Below, one piece after another: positions 27,372-36,947 of a stretch of DNA of 51,930 bases. Positions within the stretch are counted from its first letter, which is position 1. Each line of letters begins with the position of its first letter. This DNA comes from a virus. Its lineage: Duplodnaviria > Caudoviricetes. The DNA lies in the IMG/VR virus record IMGVR_UViG_3300002092_000005, positions 1-51,930 of that record; one strand, given 5' to 3'. The notes beneath the pieces are model-generated. The model did not search any database. It was not told where the DNA came from and saw nothing but the letters and a program-made list of their open reading frames with translations. The translations under genes and the position numbers were made by a program.

Positions 27372-28589
27372 CTAAGCGGGAAGACCTTGAACCACATAGC
27401 GTGGATCAGTAACACCAGCAGAACCCCACCAAGAAGCCTTGATGGCAACTGCAATGTCCTGATTAAATTCTGCCCAGTTGTTAGCGGGAGCTTGAACAAC
27501 TTCCATTGGCTTGGCTTCTCGCCATACAAAAGCCTTTTTGAAGTTGCCCAAGTAAACATACTTGTCTGCTGTAGCAGCAGCAACACCACTGGTTACCAAC
27601 AGGTTTCTCGCATGAGCGGATGTGAGAAGACCATAGTTGTTATCCAATGGGTTAGGACTTTCCAACTGCTCAACATCACCAGAAGTGGCATAAGGCCCAT
27701 TCTTAGTGGTGGTCTGAGGATTGAGAATCCTAGAAGCAGTATATTTTTGGAAAGGCATAACAAGCATCTGCATACCAGGGCCAAAGATGTCGATTGGCTT
27801 ACCAGTATTAGGATCTTTCATTTGGTAGAACAACTGCTCTAGCGTATTAATGCTAGCAAAGTTGCTCAACGCATAAGAAGTCACCTTGTTGATGAACCCA
27901 AAAGTCATGCCAGCTTGAGCGGTTGCTGAATAGGTATTCAGAGTCGCTTCTGCACCAGTAGCAGTACCATAAACATAGCTACCTGTGAGGCCAAGTACTG
28001 TGTTGAGAATTCTCTCTTCACGCACTAGACCGCAATAAGTACCTACGGATTCGGCAGATGCCAAAGCTTGCGAGGTCTTATCCGAGTAAATCATTTCTGC
28101 GGTAATTGCACAGATTCGACCAACCTTTTCAATGGCTGGGAGTCGTACATAGTTACCAGAGAACTGGGTTTGTGGATAAGGCATACCAGGTTGAACAACC
28201 TCTGGCGAAGGACTAATGTCGCTTAACCAAGGGATGATCTCGCTAGCAAGGTTTTGACCAGCAGGGATGGTCGATACAAGTTGATCACCGATAAACGATG
28301 CCAATTTGTATTTTTCTTGAACCGTAGTAATAAGGATCTGACCTGTGATTGCTGCAAAATTACTTGCATCAACCGCTTCGGTGGCTTCCATAAAGGTTCT
28401 CTCAGGCCCATTGAAACGATTAAGCTGTTCGGCCCAATCATCACCAATGATACCTTCGGCAAGCCCTCTAAGGGAGATTCGGTTTACCGAAATATCGCCT
28501 TTGCTGATGGATTCCGAAAAGAACGCTTTGGTTTTCGCCAAACCATTTTGTTGGCCAAATTCCTTCAGCTTTTTACCTAAACTCTTCAT
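27372..28589 (-). CDS. Major capsid protein
   Basis: 405 aa, located after the protease and decoration genes; SD AGGAG; KVGRICAITAEMIYSDKT resembles Mu gpT-like HK97-fold capsids; followed by a terminator. Confidence 0.8.
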   Translation of the reverse strand: MKSLGKKLKEFGQQNGLAKTKAFFSESISKGDISVNRISLRGLAEGIIGDDWAEQLNRFNGPERTFMEATEAVDASNFAAITGQILITTVQEKYKLASFIGDQLVSTIPAGQNLASEIIPWLSDISPSPEVVQPGMPYPQTQFSGNYVRLPAIEKVGRICAITAEMIYSDKTSQALASAESVGTYCGLVREERILNTVLGLTGSYVYGTATGAEATLNTYSATAQAGMTFGFINKVTSYALSNFASINTLEQLFYQMKDPNTGKPIDIFGPGMQMLVMPFQKYTASRILNPQTTTKNGPYATSGDVEQLESPNPLDNNYGLLTSAHARNLLVTSGVAAATADKYVYLGNFKKAFVWREAKPMEVVQAPANNWAEFNQDIAVAIKASWWGSAGVTDPRYVVQGLPA

Positions 28590-28613
28590 GCTATTCTCCT
28601 AAAAAAGTTGTGG

Positions 28614-29084
28614 TTACTTAGCCACAGGGTTTTGACCAGACAACAATTGGAATTTTACAATCCCAGTACCCGCAAGGGCTTCAACAACTCGACCAATAGC
28701 CAAAGCAGCGGAAGCAACTTTAACCAAAGATTGGGGTTGAAGAACAGTACCAGAATTTGTTGGGCCTACGAAATCCCCAACGAGAAGGGCAGAACCAGAG
28801 TAATCGCCTTGGAAAATACCAGAGCAATCAACACGGATCTGATTGGCTACAGAATTGCCGTACACAAGTGCGACATCTGCTTTCTTAGCTTGACCAGAAA
28901 TACCTAACAAAGCACTAGCAAACGCAGTTTGAGTGGTTGCTAAGTTAGTATCCCAAGCGAAATCAGAAGCGGAAATAGCACTACCCGAAGATAAAGCTAC
29001 TAAATCGCCAACTGCAATCGCCTTGTTAGTGGCAACTGGGGCCACCACAGGATTAGTCGCATTGAAACTGTAAGTAATCGCCAT
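28614..29084 (-). CDS. Capsid decoration/cement protein
   Basis: Small Ala/Gly-rich ORF between scaffold and MCP; IAVGDLV and AIGRV motifs. Confidence 0.65.
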   Translation of the reverse strand: MAITYSFNATNPVVAPVATNKAIAVGDLVALSSGSAISASDFAWDTNLATTQTAFASALLGISGQAKKADVALVYGNSVANQIRVDCSGIFQGDYSGSALLVGDFVGPTNSGTVLQPQSLVKVASAALAIGRVVEALAGTGIVKFQLLSGQNPVAK

Positions 29085-29107
29085 TGATAGGACTCCTTAA
29101 TGATGGC

Positions 29108-30190
29108 TTACTTGCCAAGGACATTTTCACGGAACTGTTGATAATTCGACTCGCCTTGGATTGCAGTCGAACTAACTGGCTTAACACTAGACCGAACAAG
29201 AGCAACCTTTTTCCTGTCTTCAATCGCTTCTGCCCACATCGTTTCACCGATAGCGGACAACTGCTTTACAAACACAGGGGTTGCTTCTAACTTACTCTCT
29301 TTAAGCAGAGAGAGTATTTTTTCTTCATTGATTTTTTCAGCCTTCCATTTACGAAGCTCAAGAAGTTCATCAATGGATTCTTTCTTTTCTTCTTCCATCT
29401 CTTCTTCGCCAGGATCTTCGTCACCAAGATTAGCTTGTGCTGGTGTGCCAGAAGTAGGATTGCCTGTTACATCAGATGTTTCAGCGGTCATATCACCACC
29501 GAGGCCAGTTGCAGCAGCGATAAGGTCAAGAATCATCTTGCCTTTTGCCGAGCCTTCACCTGGGCCAACGCAAATTTCCATAATTTTCTTGAGCATATCA
29601 GAAGCCGGTTCTTCCGAAGTCGGTTCAGCAGTTGGTTCTTGTGCGGGTGCAGCATCTGGAACCTCTTCTTTATACATTTCTTTCACAGGGTTTTCTTCGG
29701 TCATCATCTTGTCATTTTTCATTGCGATCTCCTTGGATTCAAAAATGGTGGTGGTCGTTGCAGGGTTTGCAACTAGATCCACCGATCTAACTCTGTCGAT
29801 TCGGACAACTCTTTCTGTTCCATCTTGGTCAGGAATTGATTTGCCACTAACGAGATGGCTAAAGCCTACATCACCGAGGCCATTGTTTTCTGCGAACCAC
29901 AAAAACGAATCAATCCCATCAGCATGGGGGTTGTATCTGAAGTCAGCGTATAAACCTTCTGAGGTAAAACGGACATTTTGAAGCCATCCTAGCCGATCAG
30001 AAAACAAAGGTGCTTCGGTTTTGTGGTCTTTATTGACTGGAGCGTTTTCGTATAGCGGAACTGCATCACGAATTGCTTTTGGATCGTAGATTCTGCCATT
30101 CATTGAGCTAAATCCAAGGACTTTTACACCGTAAACAATACACTTGTTTCGGTCAACTACACCTGGTTTATTTTCAATGACGGCATTCAT
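29108..30190 (-). CDS. Prohead protease-scaffold fusion
   Basis: SMNGRIY, VNKDH, GFSH and RSVDLVANPATT motifs, followed by an acidic scaffold-like C-terminus. Confidence 0.8.
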   Translation of the reverse strand: MNAVIENKPGVVDRNKCIVYGVKVLGFSSMNGRIYDPKAIRDAVPLYENAPVNKDHKTEAPLFSDRLGWLQNVRFTSEGLYADFRYNPHADGIDSFLWFAENNGLGDVGFSHLVSGKSIPDQDGTERVVRIDRVRSVDLVANPATTTTIFESKEIAMKNDKMMTEENPVKEMYKEEVPDAAPAQEPTAEPTSEEPASDMLKKIMEICVGPGEGSAKGKMILDLIAAATGLGGDMTAETSDVTGNPTSGTPAQANLGDEDPGEEEMEEEKKESIDELLELRKWKAEKINEEKILSLLKESKLEATPVFVKQLSAIGETMWAEAIEDRKKVALVRSSVKPVSSTAIQGESNYQQFRENVLGK

Positions 30191-30196
30191 GGTATG

Positions 30197-30226
30197 ATAT
30201 TACATCCAATCGTCTAGTGTTGTCAA
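30197..30226 (-). promoter_or_regulatory. Candidate promoter giving a leaderless protease/capsid transcript
   Basis: TTGACA-18 nt-TAATAT, then 6 nt to the ATG; no SD. Confidence 0.5.
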
Positions 30227-30229
30227 CAA

Positions 30230-32128
30230 TTATCCTGTTACAGTCGATGTTTTTGGTGCTTTTGCAGCGGGAAGGTTTGGCGGTGGTTCAGTCGAGTCAA
30301 GTTTTTCTGCTGAAGAACTTGACACAGGTTGTACTGGTTCTGGTATCTTAACCACTACATCTCTGAACATGAGATCGATGATCTCAGGTGTGATGGCAGG
30401 GAAGGATGCTCTCGCAATAGCCTTGCCACTTTCCATTGGAATCTCACCGATAGAGCATCGATGAATAATATCGACAAGGTTTGCGATCTGCGCCCCATTG
30501 AGTGCGGAATCTTGAACTTGTTCGCCACCACCAATGCCTTGGGTAGCACTTCCAGATTCGATTCTCGATGAAGGATTCATCGGATCAATTTCCGTTGCAC
30601 CCTTCTTCTCATCAACAATTGGTTTAATGAAGTTTGATGATTCAGTATCGTTATCAAGCCCTAATTCGGCCCTAATCGTTTGAATCGACTTCACACCCAT
30701 CGAATGATACACATTGTTCATCTCTGCTTCCTTCTGATGCTCTCTTGATTGAAGAGAATACGCTTCAGAAGTGATTTTAATGTTCTTAAGAATCTCTTTT
30801 GGAATGATTCCGTGTTCGGATGCGAGGTGAATCTGTGACCAAGCTAGTGACTTGTTTGGCTCGAATCGACATTCGGCCAAGGATCTTCCAACGATCCCTT
30901 GCCATCGTTCAAATGTTCTTCGTGCGGGTGCTTCTGCAATAAGTGCTGAACTGTAGTTATTGTTGCTTGCATCACCTGACATGAGGGTTTCGCTGATGCC
31001 GAACCTTGTTGCAAGTGATCGCAAGTTGGCTTGCAATACTTGTATAAGTCCAGCAGCGTCAACATTCGCCCCAGGGAACTCGTAGTCAACATTTGCTGGT
31101 GCTGTGATGATCGATCCATAGCCGAATCTCTCCAGCCCTATGCTTTCGGTTGCACCTAAATTATTGCTTCCACCGAGCGTAGCATCGATCTGAGAGTCTA
31201 CAAGGGAGGACATCGAGTCAGGAGCGACATTATTGATCTTTCGCACCATTGCAATCTTTGCTCTAGCTTTCGCCATCGTGACTGTAGATGCAAGGATATC
31301 TTCGCAATTGGTCAAATTTTGGAACACAGGGTAGAATGTGGTCAATCCCCTCTTCGCATTCGCATTTGTGCCAATCTTGATGTGTATTATGTCTTCAGCA
31401 GGGATAAAGGTTGGTTCTCTTGATTCCGTAGGTTTCAGAATCACTTGATAACCTAAAACGGAGTTAATATCGTCTTCTTCGCACACGATGCCAAATGAGT
31501 CTTTTGGCGAACCAATGTCGGTAGCATACCCTCTGACCAATTCTGGCTCAATAAAGCGAATTACGAGCATTCCATTGGCTTGCGGGAACTTTCTAATGAA
31601 TACCTCTCCATCGACATGAAGTCGGTACACAATTTCATTCTCGACATCCACCATGTTGTTGTATTCTCTGAAGATGTCTAAAGAGGCCTGACATCTCTTC
31701 AATAGATCCTCTGGAACTGGGTTCTTTAGATCAATTGAAGCAACCCGCCATTTAAATCCAGCAGAACCAACAACGAATGACTGAAAGCATTGAACTAACC
31801 CATGAGCAAACTCATTGGTTGCAAATACGAATCTAGCTCTATCTCTAATGCTTTTAAGCTGCCACCAAGACAGATAGATCGGAAGTTGCTCACCTGACAG
31901 GTAATTGTCTCTAACCGCTAATTGAGCGGGATTGACCCAACCACCCATTCCAGCATTAGGAAACTGAAACGCACCATATTCAGACGGATCGTTCCAGAAC
32001 GGCCCCCATCCTGTCTGATAACTTCCAGTATCATACGAAATAGACTCCGTGATCGGTTTTTTCGATCTTGGAGTTCTAGGAGTTGATTTCGGTGCTGGTT
32101 TTTTCTTTGCCATTTTTCGGTGACCCAA
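30230..32128 (-). CDS. Portal protein (lambda family) with C-terminal extension; start probably MAKKK at 32113
   Basis: VDGEVFI, FIEPELV, IIHIK, RGLT and SGDASNNNYSSA motifs. Confidence 0.85.
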   Translation of the reverse strand: MGHRKMAKKKPAPKSTPRTPRSKKPITESISYDTGSYQTGWGPFWNDPSEYGAFQFPNAGMGGWVNPAQLAVRDNYLSGEQLPIYLSWWQLKSIRDRARFVFATNEFAHGLVQCFQSFVVGSAGFKWRVASIDLKNPVPEDLLKRCQASLDIFREYNNMVDVENEIVYRLHVDGEVFIRKFPQANGMLVIRFIEPELVRGYATDIGSPKDSFGIVCEEDDINSVLGYQVILKPTESREPTFIPAEDIIHIKIGTNANAKRGLTTFYPVFQNLTNCEDILASTVTMAKARAKIAMVRKINNVAPDSMSSLVDSQIDATLGGSNNLGATESIGLERFGYGSIITAPANVDYEFPGANVDAAGLIQVLQANLRSLATRFGISETLMSGDASNNNYSSALIAEAPARRTFERWQGIVGRSLAECRFEPNKSLAWSQIHLASEHGIIPKEILKNIKITSEAYSLQSREHQKEAEMNNVYHSMGVKSIQTIRAELGLDNDTESSNFIKPIVDEKKGATEIDPMNPSSRIESGSATQGIGGGEQVQDSALNGAQIANLVDIIHRCSIGEIPMESGKAIARASFPAITPEIIDLMFRDVVVKIPEPVQPVSSSSAEKLDSTEPPPNLPAAKAPKTSTVTG

Positions 32129-32156
32129 TGGTTTATTGAGTAAACATTTGTTGTGT

Positions 32157-32459
32157 TTAGTCTTTGTTTACAGCTACAAAACCATTTAGAGATCCAGAAG
32201 TGTTTCCAGATACTGTTAGCTTTATTCCCGCAGAACTCAGAAGCAAACCACCACCTTGAACTGCACTAGTAAGCGTATCGTACTGAGGAATATGAATTTT
32301 CCCTGTCATTGCGGTTGTTCCATCCGCTTCAAAAAACTGAACATAACAATCACAATCTGGTTGCAATACAAAAGCGTGGACATGGGATGTTCCACTAGCA
32401 GCAAGCGTTATTGTTCCTGGTATGGTTTGTGAAATAGGAATAGACATATCTGATGGCAT
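32157..32459 (-). CDS. Hypothetical beta-rich protein, first gene of the late operon
   Basis: SD GGAGGT; 100-aa ORF. Confidence 0.65.
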   Translation of the reverse strand: MPSDMSIPISQTIPGTITLAASGTSHVHAFVLQPDCDCYVQFFEADGTTAMTGKIHIPQYDTLTSAVQGGGLLLSSAGIKLTVSGNTSGSLNGFVAVNKD

Positions 32460-32484
32460 ATAAACCTCCGGTTAAGATTTCCTT

Positions 32485-32512
32485 ATTGTATTAGTTTATA
32501 TACGGATTGCAA
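32485..32512 (-). promoter_or_regulatory. Candidate late-operon promoter
   Basis: TTGCAA-16 nt-TACAAT on the minus strand, upstream of 32459. Confidence 0.5.
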
Positions 32513-33150
32513 GAGAAAACCAACTTGACGATTTGGGAAAAATAGAAAAATTTTTTGGATGCACTTTTGAATTTAACAAAATGAAACTTGACGGGTCTGA
32601 AAAAAAGTCTCTGAGTTTAGGGTGGGGTGGGGGGTAGAAACCAGGTTTTCAGATATTAATAGGATAAACAACTCTATATATTAATATAATAATATAATTT
32701 TATCTTAATCTATTATTAGTATTCTATCCTATTCGTAAACATATTGGATGCAATAAGCTACAAAGTTTATCTTAATTAATTATGGATTAAATATTAGATA
32801 AATTTTATCTTTAAAATATTATGAATTAAAATGTACTAAATTGGAGTAGTGTATCTAATAATAATAATATAATAATATAATATAATATATATATAATTAT
32901 ATAAGCAGTATATAAGACTTTAAGCATATACCTGCCCCCCATTACAATCTATAAAAGATAAAGATAATACCTAAGCATATCAAATAGAATGAAATAACAA
33001 TTTAAGCATGATAGATACCATGTATGCCTTGATTATTTATTTTTACCCATAGGCTAAAATGAACTAAAATATCAATCTTTTTAAAAGCCATAAGTCTGTA
33101 TAACATAAGGACTTACAACAAATGCATAAAATATTATGGAATATTTGATA
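32513..33150. other. AT-rich non-coding divergence region; candidate packaging site, genome end or origin
   Basis: No ORFs; G tract at about 32620-32635, (AATAT)n tract, repeated TAAGCA and AACTTGACG; transcription diverges here. Confidence 0.5.
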
Positions 33151-33158
33151 CATTGGGG

Positions 33159-33186
33159 TTGATTTATTGCCGATTAAATGCATAAT
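33159..33186 (+). promoter_or_regulatory. Candidate early promoter
   Basis: TTGATT-16 nt-CATAAT upstream of the first early ORF. Confidence 0.4.
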
Positions 33187-33252
33187 TACATTGTAAGGTT
33201 AACCAATGGGGTTAACTGAAAAGTGTAATGAAATGTCAATAAGGGGTTAAAA

Positions 33253-33384
33253 ATGTTCGACTTTGTAGCGATTGTAGTTGGGTTAGTTATTTTCTTTGTT
33301 GTTGCTTCCAATGTATTTGATAATTCCAAGGTATTGCCCAAACTACCTTGCAAGGTAATTGAGTCTAAAACAAGTAAATTTTAA
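33253..33384 (+). CDS. Unannotated 43-aa single-TM peptide (MFDFVAIVVGLVIFFVVASNVF...)
   Basis: Hand translation; preceded by TAAGGGG, like other early genes. Confidence 0.55.
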   Translation: MFDFVAIVVGLVIFFVVASNVFDNSKVLPKLPCKVIESKTSKF

Positions 33385-33457
33385 TTAAGGAAAAAACAAT
33401 GAGTGATATTTGTATTTTGATTGAAAACTGGGATTTAACCGAACTGGGGAGCAAATA

Positions 33458-33649
33458 ATGTATATAACTAAATCGCAATGCTTTGGACATTACATGATTA
33501 TTGGTTGTGGATATCATAGTGAAGTATTTGATATGAATACCGATAAGATGGTATTCGGTGTTGATGCAATGGAAGCTAAAAATCATTGGTTAGCCTGCAA
33601 AAATAAATGTAAAAAGCTAATCAAGGATAATGCAATAACTATTAACTAA
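33458..33649 (+). CDS. Hypothetical early protein
   Basis: SD GGGGAG; 63 aa. Confidence 0.55.
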   Translation: MYITKSQCFGHYMIIGCGYHSEVFDMNTDKMVFGVDAMEAKNHWLACKNKCKKLIKDNAITIN

Positions 33650-33701
33650 TATTGTTTATTAGTTATGTTTTTTCACACAATAATTTTAAAGGGGTTTTGC
33701 A

Positions 33702-34490
33702 ATGGTTATTAATGCGAAAAAAACAGTTAAAAAGAACAATAAACCTAGTGGATACATTATTTACCAGAATAAAGTAATAGTGGTAATAATGATCATTAGG
33801 TCTAGCAACAAGAAAACCGGAAACATGGTGCAAACTTACATTATTCGTAAGGATGTTAACCCCTTGGAAGCATTAAAGAATGGTAAAGATTCTGCAATAT
33901 GTGGTGATTGTATCCATAGGGGACGATTTATTAAAAATGAAAAAACAGGTAAAATTGAATGGAAGCGAACATGTTACGTAAATGTAGGTCAAGGGGTTTT
34001 GCAGGTTTATAAATCTTACATTAAAGGCAATTATCCCAAATACAATCCACATAAACACGATGTTAGATTATTGGATAAGAATGGTAATAAAAGAATGATT
34101 AGACTTGGAACTTATGGAGATCCTGCATTTGTTCCGTTGCGAGTTTGGGAATATTTCTTGCCTAAATTCGATGGCAAAACAGGTTACACTCATCAATGGA
34201 ATAAACCTTGGATTAATCCTAATTTTAAAAATATCGTTATGGCCTCATGTGATAGCAAAACCAATGTATTAGATTCTAATTCTATTGGATATAGATCTTT
34301 TATCGTTGTGCCACATAATGAAAAAATAGCCAAAATAAATGATATGAACGCCATAAATTGTTTATCCGATTCTATTGGCCGTAAATGTGAAGAATGCGGA
34401 TTATGTAACGGAAACGAAAAAAACAAAGGCAAAAATGTATATATCAATGCCCATGGAGCAAGTAAAAGATTTGTTTTGTCATTGGTTTAA
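33702..34490 (+). CDS. Cys-rich, possibly Fe-S, early protein (DUF7227/gp88-like)
   Basis: NKKTGNMVQTYI, CGDCIHR, CYV, IRLGTYGDP, TGYTHQW, MASCD and C..CEECGLC. Confidence 0.65.
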   Translation: MVINAKKTVKKNNKPSGYIIYQNKVIVVIMIIRSSNKKTGNMVQTYIIRKDVNPLEALKNGKDSAICGDCIHRGRFIKNEKTGKIEWKRTCYVNVGQGVLQVYKSYIKGNYPKYNPHKHDVRLLDKNGNKRMIRLGTYGDPAFVPLRVWEYFLPKFDGKTGYTHQWNKPWINPNFKNIVMASCDSKTNVLDSNSIGYRSFIVVPHNEKIAKINDMNAINCLSDSIGRKCEECGLCNGNEKNKGKNVYINAHGASKRFVLSLV

Positions 34491-34555
34491 TTGTACCCAG
34501 TTCGTTTCTTTCTTTGTTTTTTCCCTGTTTTTTAACCTTATTTGGAGCTTATGAA

Positions 34556-34759
34556 ATGATACCAACTATTAGATTAACTATTTGTTTGAATGGCATTTCA
34601 ATTGGTATTTTCGAAATACCCAAAAGTATAGCCAACGAATATCTTCCATGGATTGATACACTAGTAAAACTTAACGATATCCCTGTTTATTACTTGACTA
34701 TTACTAAAAAAGTAATGGAAGATAATCCACTAGTTCGACTTGTTTTTATCGATTTATAA
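34556..34759 (+). CDS. Hypothetical early protein
   Basis: GGAG upstream of ATG 34556. Confidence 0.45.
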   Translation: MIPTIRLTICLNGISIGIFEIPKSIANEYLPWIDTLVKLNDIPVYYLTITKKVMEDNPLVRLVFIDL

Positions 34760-34894
34760 ACCCTATTAACATCATTAAGCCTTATTGCCTATTATCTATC
34801 CATCAAGATAGATAGATAGGCTTAAGGCAATAGGGAAAGCTTATTTCAAGCTTTACAGAATCGGTATTACTTAACCTTATTGGAGTATCTCACA

Positions 34895-35869
34895 ATGAAG
34901 AATAATTGGTTATATGGAAAGCCTAAAACACTATCTGATTTTAAAAAGCTTCCTGTTAAGTATCGGCAAGGTAAAAAGCCTAGTGAACTATTAGACTTGC
35001 ATAATTCAAGAGTCTACAATCCTAGGGTAAAAACATATTCACTAATGAAGTTTATTAAATCTGATTTTAATAATCATTTTAGACCACGGAATTGTATTAC
35101 CATACCAATAGGAACGCAATTGCCTAGTTATATCCCAAGGCTTTACGATTATAGGAAAAAGAATTACACTAACTTACAAGCCTGTTTTAAGCCATCGCAT
35201 TTAAAAACAAATAGCCACGGAAGATATTCAAGTCGATGCAAATATGAGCGTTTTAGCTATACACCTATGATTCAATCTTTCGGTTATTTGATCAATAAAA
35301 ACACCTTGTACTTCCGAACGGATACCGATCAAGGCATTATTTCAAGAACAATTAAAGCCCCTAGGGGTTTCCATTTTGCTATCGATCATTTAGGGTTTAA
35401 GATTCAATCCAATAGCATTAAATCGATGGATTATCATTTTACCGCTTTAGACTTGCTACCATATGCAATAAAGAAAAACGATTATAAATCGGGTCAGCTA
35501 ATGGTTGCTATAGCCAAGAGCAACTATAAGGCACGAAAGCAAGTCAATCTTAAATCTGATATCTTTTCACCCGATCCTAAAAGGGTTAACAAGGTAATCA
35601 AGGAAGCTGAACGGCTACAGGTTCAAATATCTATTGTAGATAGTATCAAGGCGGGCAATTGTTTATCAGGTACACAAGTTTGGGCAATGCGTAACCACCT
35701 AAACACTAGCAACCATTACCAAATACAATCGATTACAGATAAGCTTGATGGAGAAAACAGGGATCGGGTTAAGCTTGTTATCCTTCGTGCAATTGAGCGG
35801 ACTAAAAACGAACTGGAGCGGGGTTATTCATTGTTGCAAGATCATTATCTTGAATACCAAACTAACTAG
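34895..35869 (+). CDS. Hypothetical basic early protein
   Basis: GGAG upstream of ATG 34895; C-terminal DSIKAGNCLSGT motif. Confidence 0.7.
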   Translation: MKNNWLYGKPKTLSDFKKLPVKYRQGKKPSELLDLHNSRVYNPRVKTYSLMKFIKSDFNNHFRPRNCITIPIGTQLPSYIPRLYDYRKKNYTNLQACFKPSHLKTNSHGRYSSRCKYERFSYTPMIQSFGYLINKNTLYFRTDTDQGIISRTIKAPRGFHFAIDHLGFKIQSNSIKSMDYHFTALDLLPYAIKKNDYKSGQLMVAIAKSNYKARKQVNLKSDIFSPDPKRVNKVIKEAERLQVQISIVDSIKAGNCLSGTQVWAMRNHLNTSNHYQIQSITDKLDGENRDRVKLVILRAIERTKNELERGYSLLQDHYLEYQTN

Positions 35870-35887
35870 GGGGCTACCCTAGTTTTC
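35865..35887 (+). terminator. Probable intrinsic terminator
   Basis: ACTAGGG-ggcta-CCCTAGT followed by TTT. Confidence 0.5.
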
Positions 35888-35978
35888 AATGGTGGGTGGG
35901 GCGAATTGTTCAGGTCAAAAATTTTTTTTGGCCCAATTCCTGGCTGCGTACATTAATTTTTTTTGAAAGGGTTTAGCA

Positions 35979-36257
35979 ATGGAAGAAACTTACAACGGTT
36001 GGTCTAATAAAGCTACATGGCAAGTGGTTAACTGGTTCCAACCGGAATCGTTGTCCGATGTTAAAAACGCAATGTATCAAATAGAAGAGGCGGTAAGAAA
36101 CAGCCCTGACTTCCTTCGTGATTTCATTGACACTAACATCAATTGGGATGAACTGGAAGCCAATTTTTCTGATGACGATATCGAAGAAGAGGAAGAGGAA
36201 GAGGAAGACCTCGACCATTACGATATGCGGAAGAATATTAAAGGTTATATCGAATAG
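35979..36257 (+). CDS. Acidic early protein (DUF7249-like)
   Basis: YNGWSNKATWQV and INWDEL motifs; poly-D/E tail. Confidence 0.7.
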   Translation: MEETYNGWSNKATWQVVNWFQPESLSDVKNAMYQIEEAVRNSPDFLRDFIDTNINWDELEANFSDDDIEEEEEEEEDLDHYDMRKNIKGYIE

Positions 36258-36324
36258 GGCAACCCCTATTTGCAACGGGCATAGGGGTAGAATCAGCAGT
36301 TAAAAAACTTTTAAGGGGTTTATT

Positions 36325-36606
36325 ATGCGTACTATTAGCGAAGATAAGTTTGAATCAATGTTTACTATGGTTAAGAACCACATCGATGACAATGCATCAT
36401 TAGATGGGTGTATGTTTGAAACCTATGGCGAAGAATCAGCTTTTATACATAGGATGGAAGACACAAAAACTGTTTGGACTTATCTTGAAGATGATAAGGG
36501 TTTGTTTTTTCAAACAGGAATTGTTCAAAGGCATTACCTTGGCCCTATTGGTTATTTCATTACAGATAAGCCATACACCAAGGAATTAAAAGTAAGATTG
36601 TACTAG
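36325..36606 (+). CDS. Hypothetical early protein
   Basis: SD AAGGGG; MFETYGEE motif. Confidence 0.7.
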   Translation: MRTISEDKFESMFTMVKNHIDDNASLDGCMFETYGEESAFIHRMEDTKTVWTYLEDDKGLFFQTGIVQRHYLGPIGYFITDKPYTKELKVRLY

Positions 36607-36641
36607 GTGGCAACCCTCTTTTTAAATGAAAGTAAAGCAAA

Positions 36642-36947
36642 ATGTTTACGGCTAAAATAGTTATAGGCGGGAATCCTGACCACTTTGAACCACCTATTGT
36701 ATGGCTTAAGAAATCGATCAAGGCTGAATCATATGGGGTATTGGCCAAGTTGATCGACAACTTCCAAAATGAACAGGATATAGGGGGCGGGAATTGGTAT
36801 GAATGCAAGCTATACTACGGCAAAAAGTTGCTGGGGTATATGAGTTACAATTGCAGGGTATGGGATAGTAAGAATAGATCACTTGATGGCAAAGAAGTTA
36901 AGCTTGAAGATATCAACAGATTTTTACCAAAGAAAGAAGGTGTGTAA
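36642..36947 (+). CDS. Hypothetical early protein
   Basis: IGGGNW...GYMSYNCRVW motif; coupled to the next gene. Confidence 0.65.
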   Translation: MFTAKIVIGGNPDHFEPPIVWLKKSIKAESYGVLAKLIDNFQNEQDIGGGNWYECKLYYGKKLLGYMSYNCRVWDSKNRSLDGKEVKLEDINRFLPKKEGV

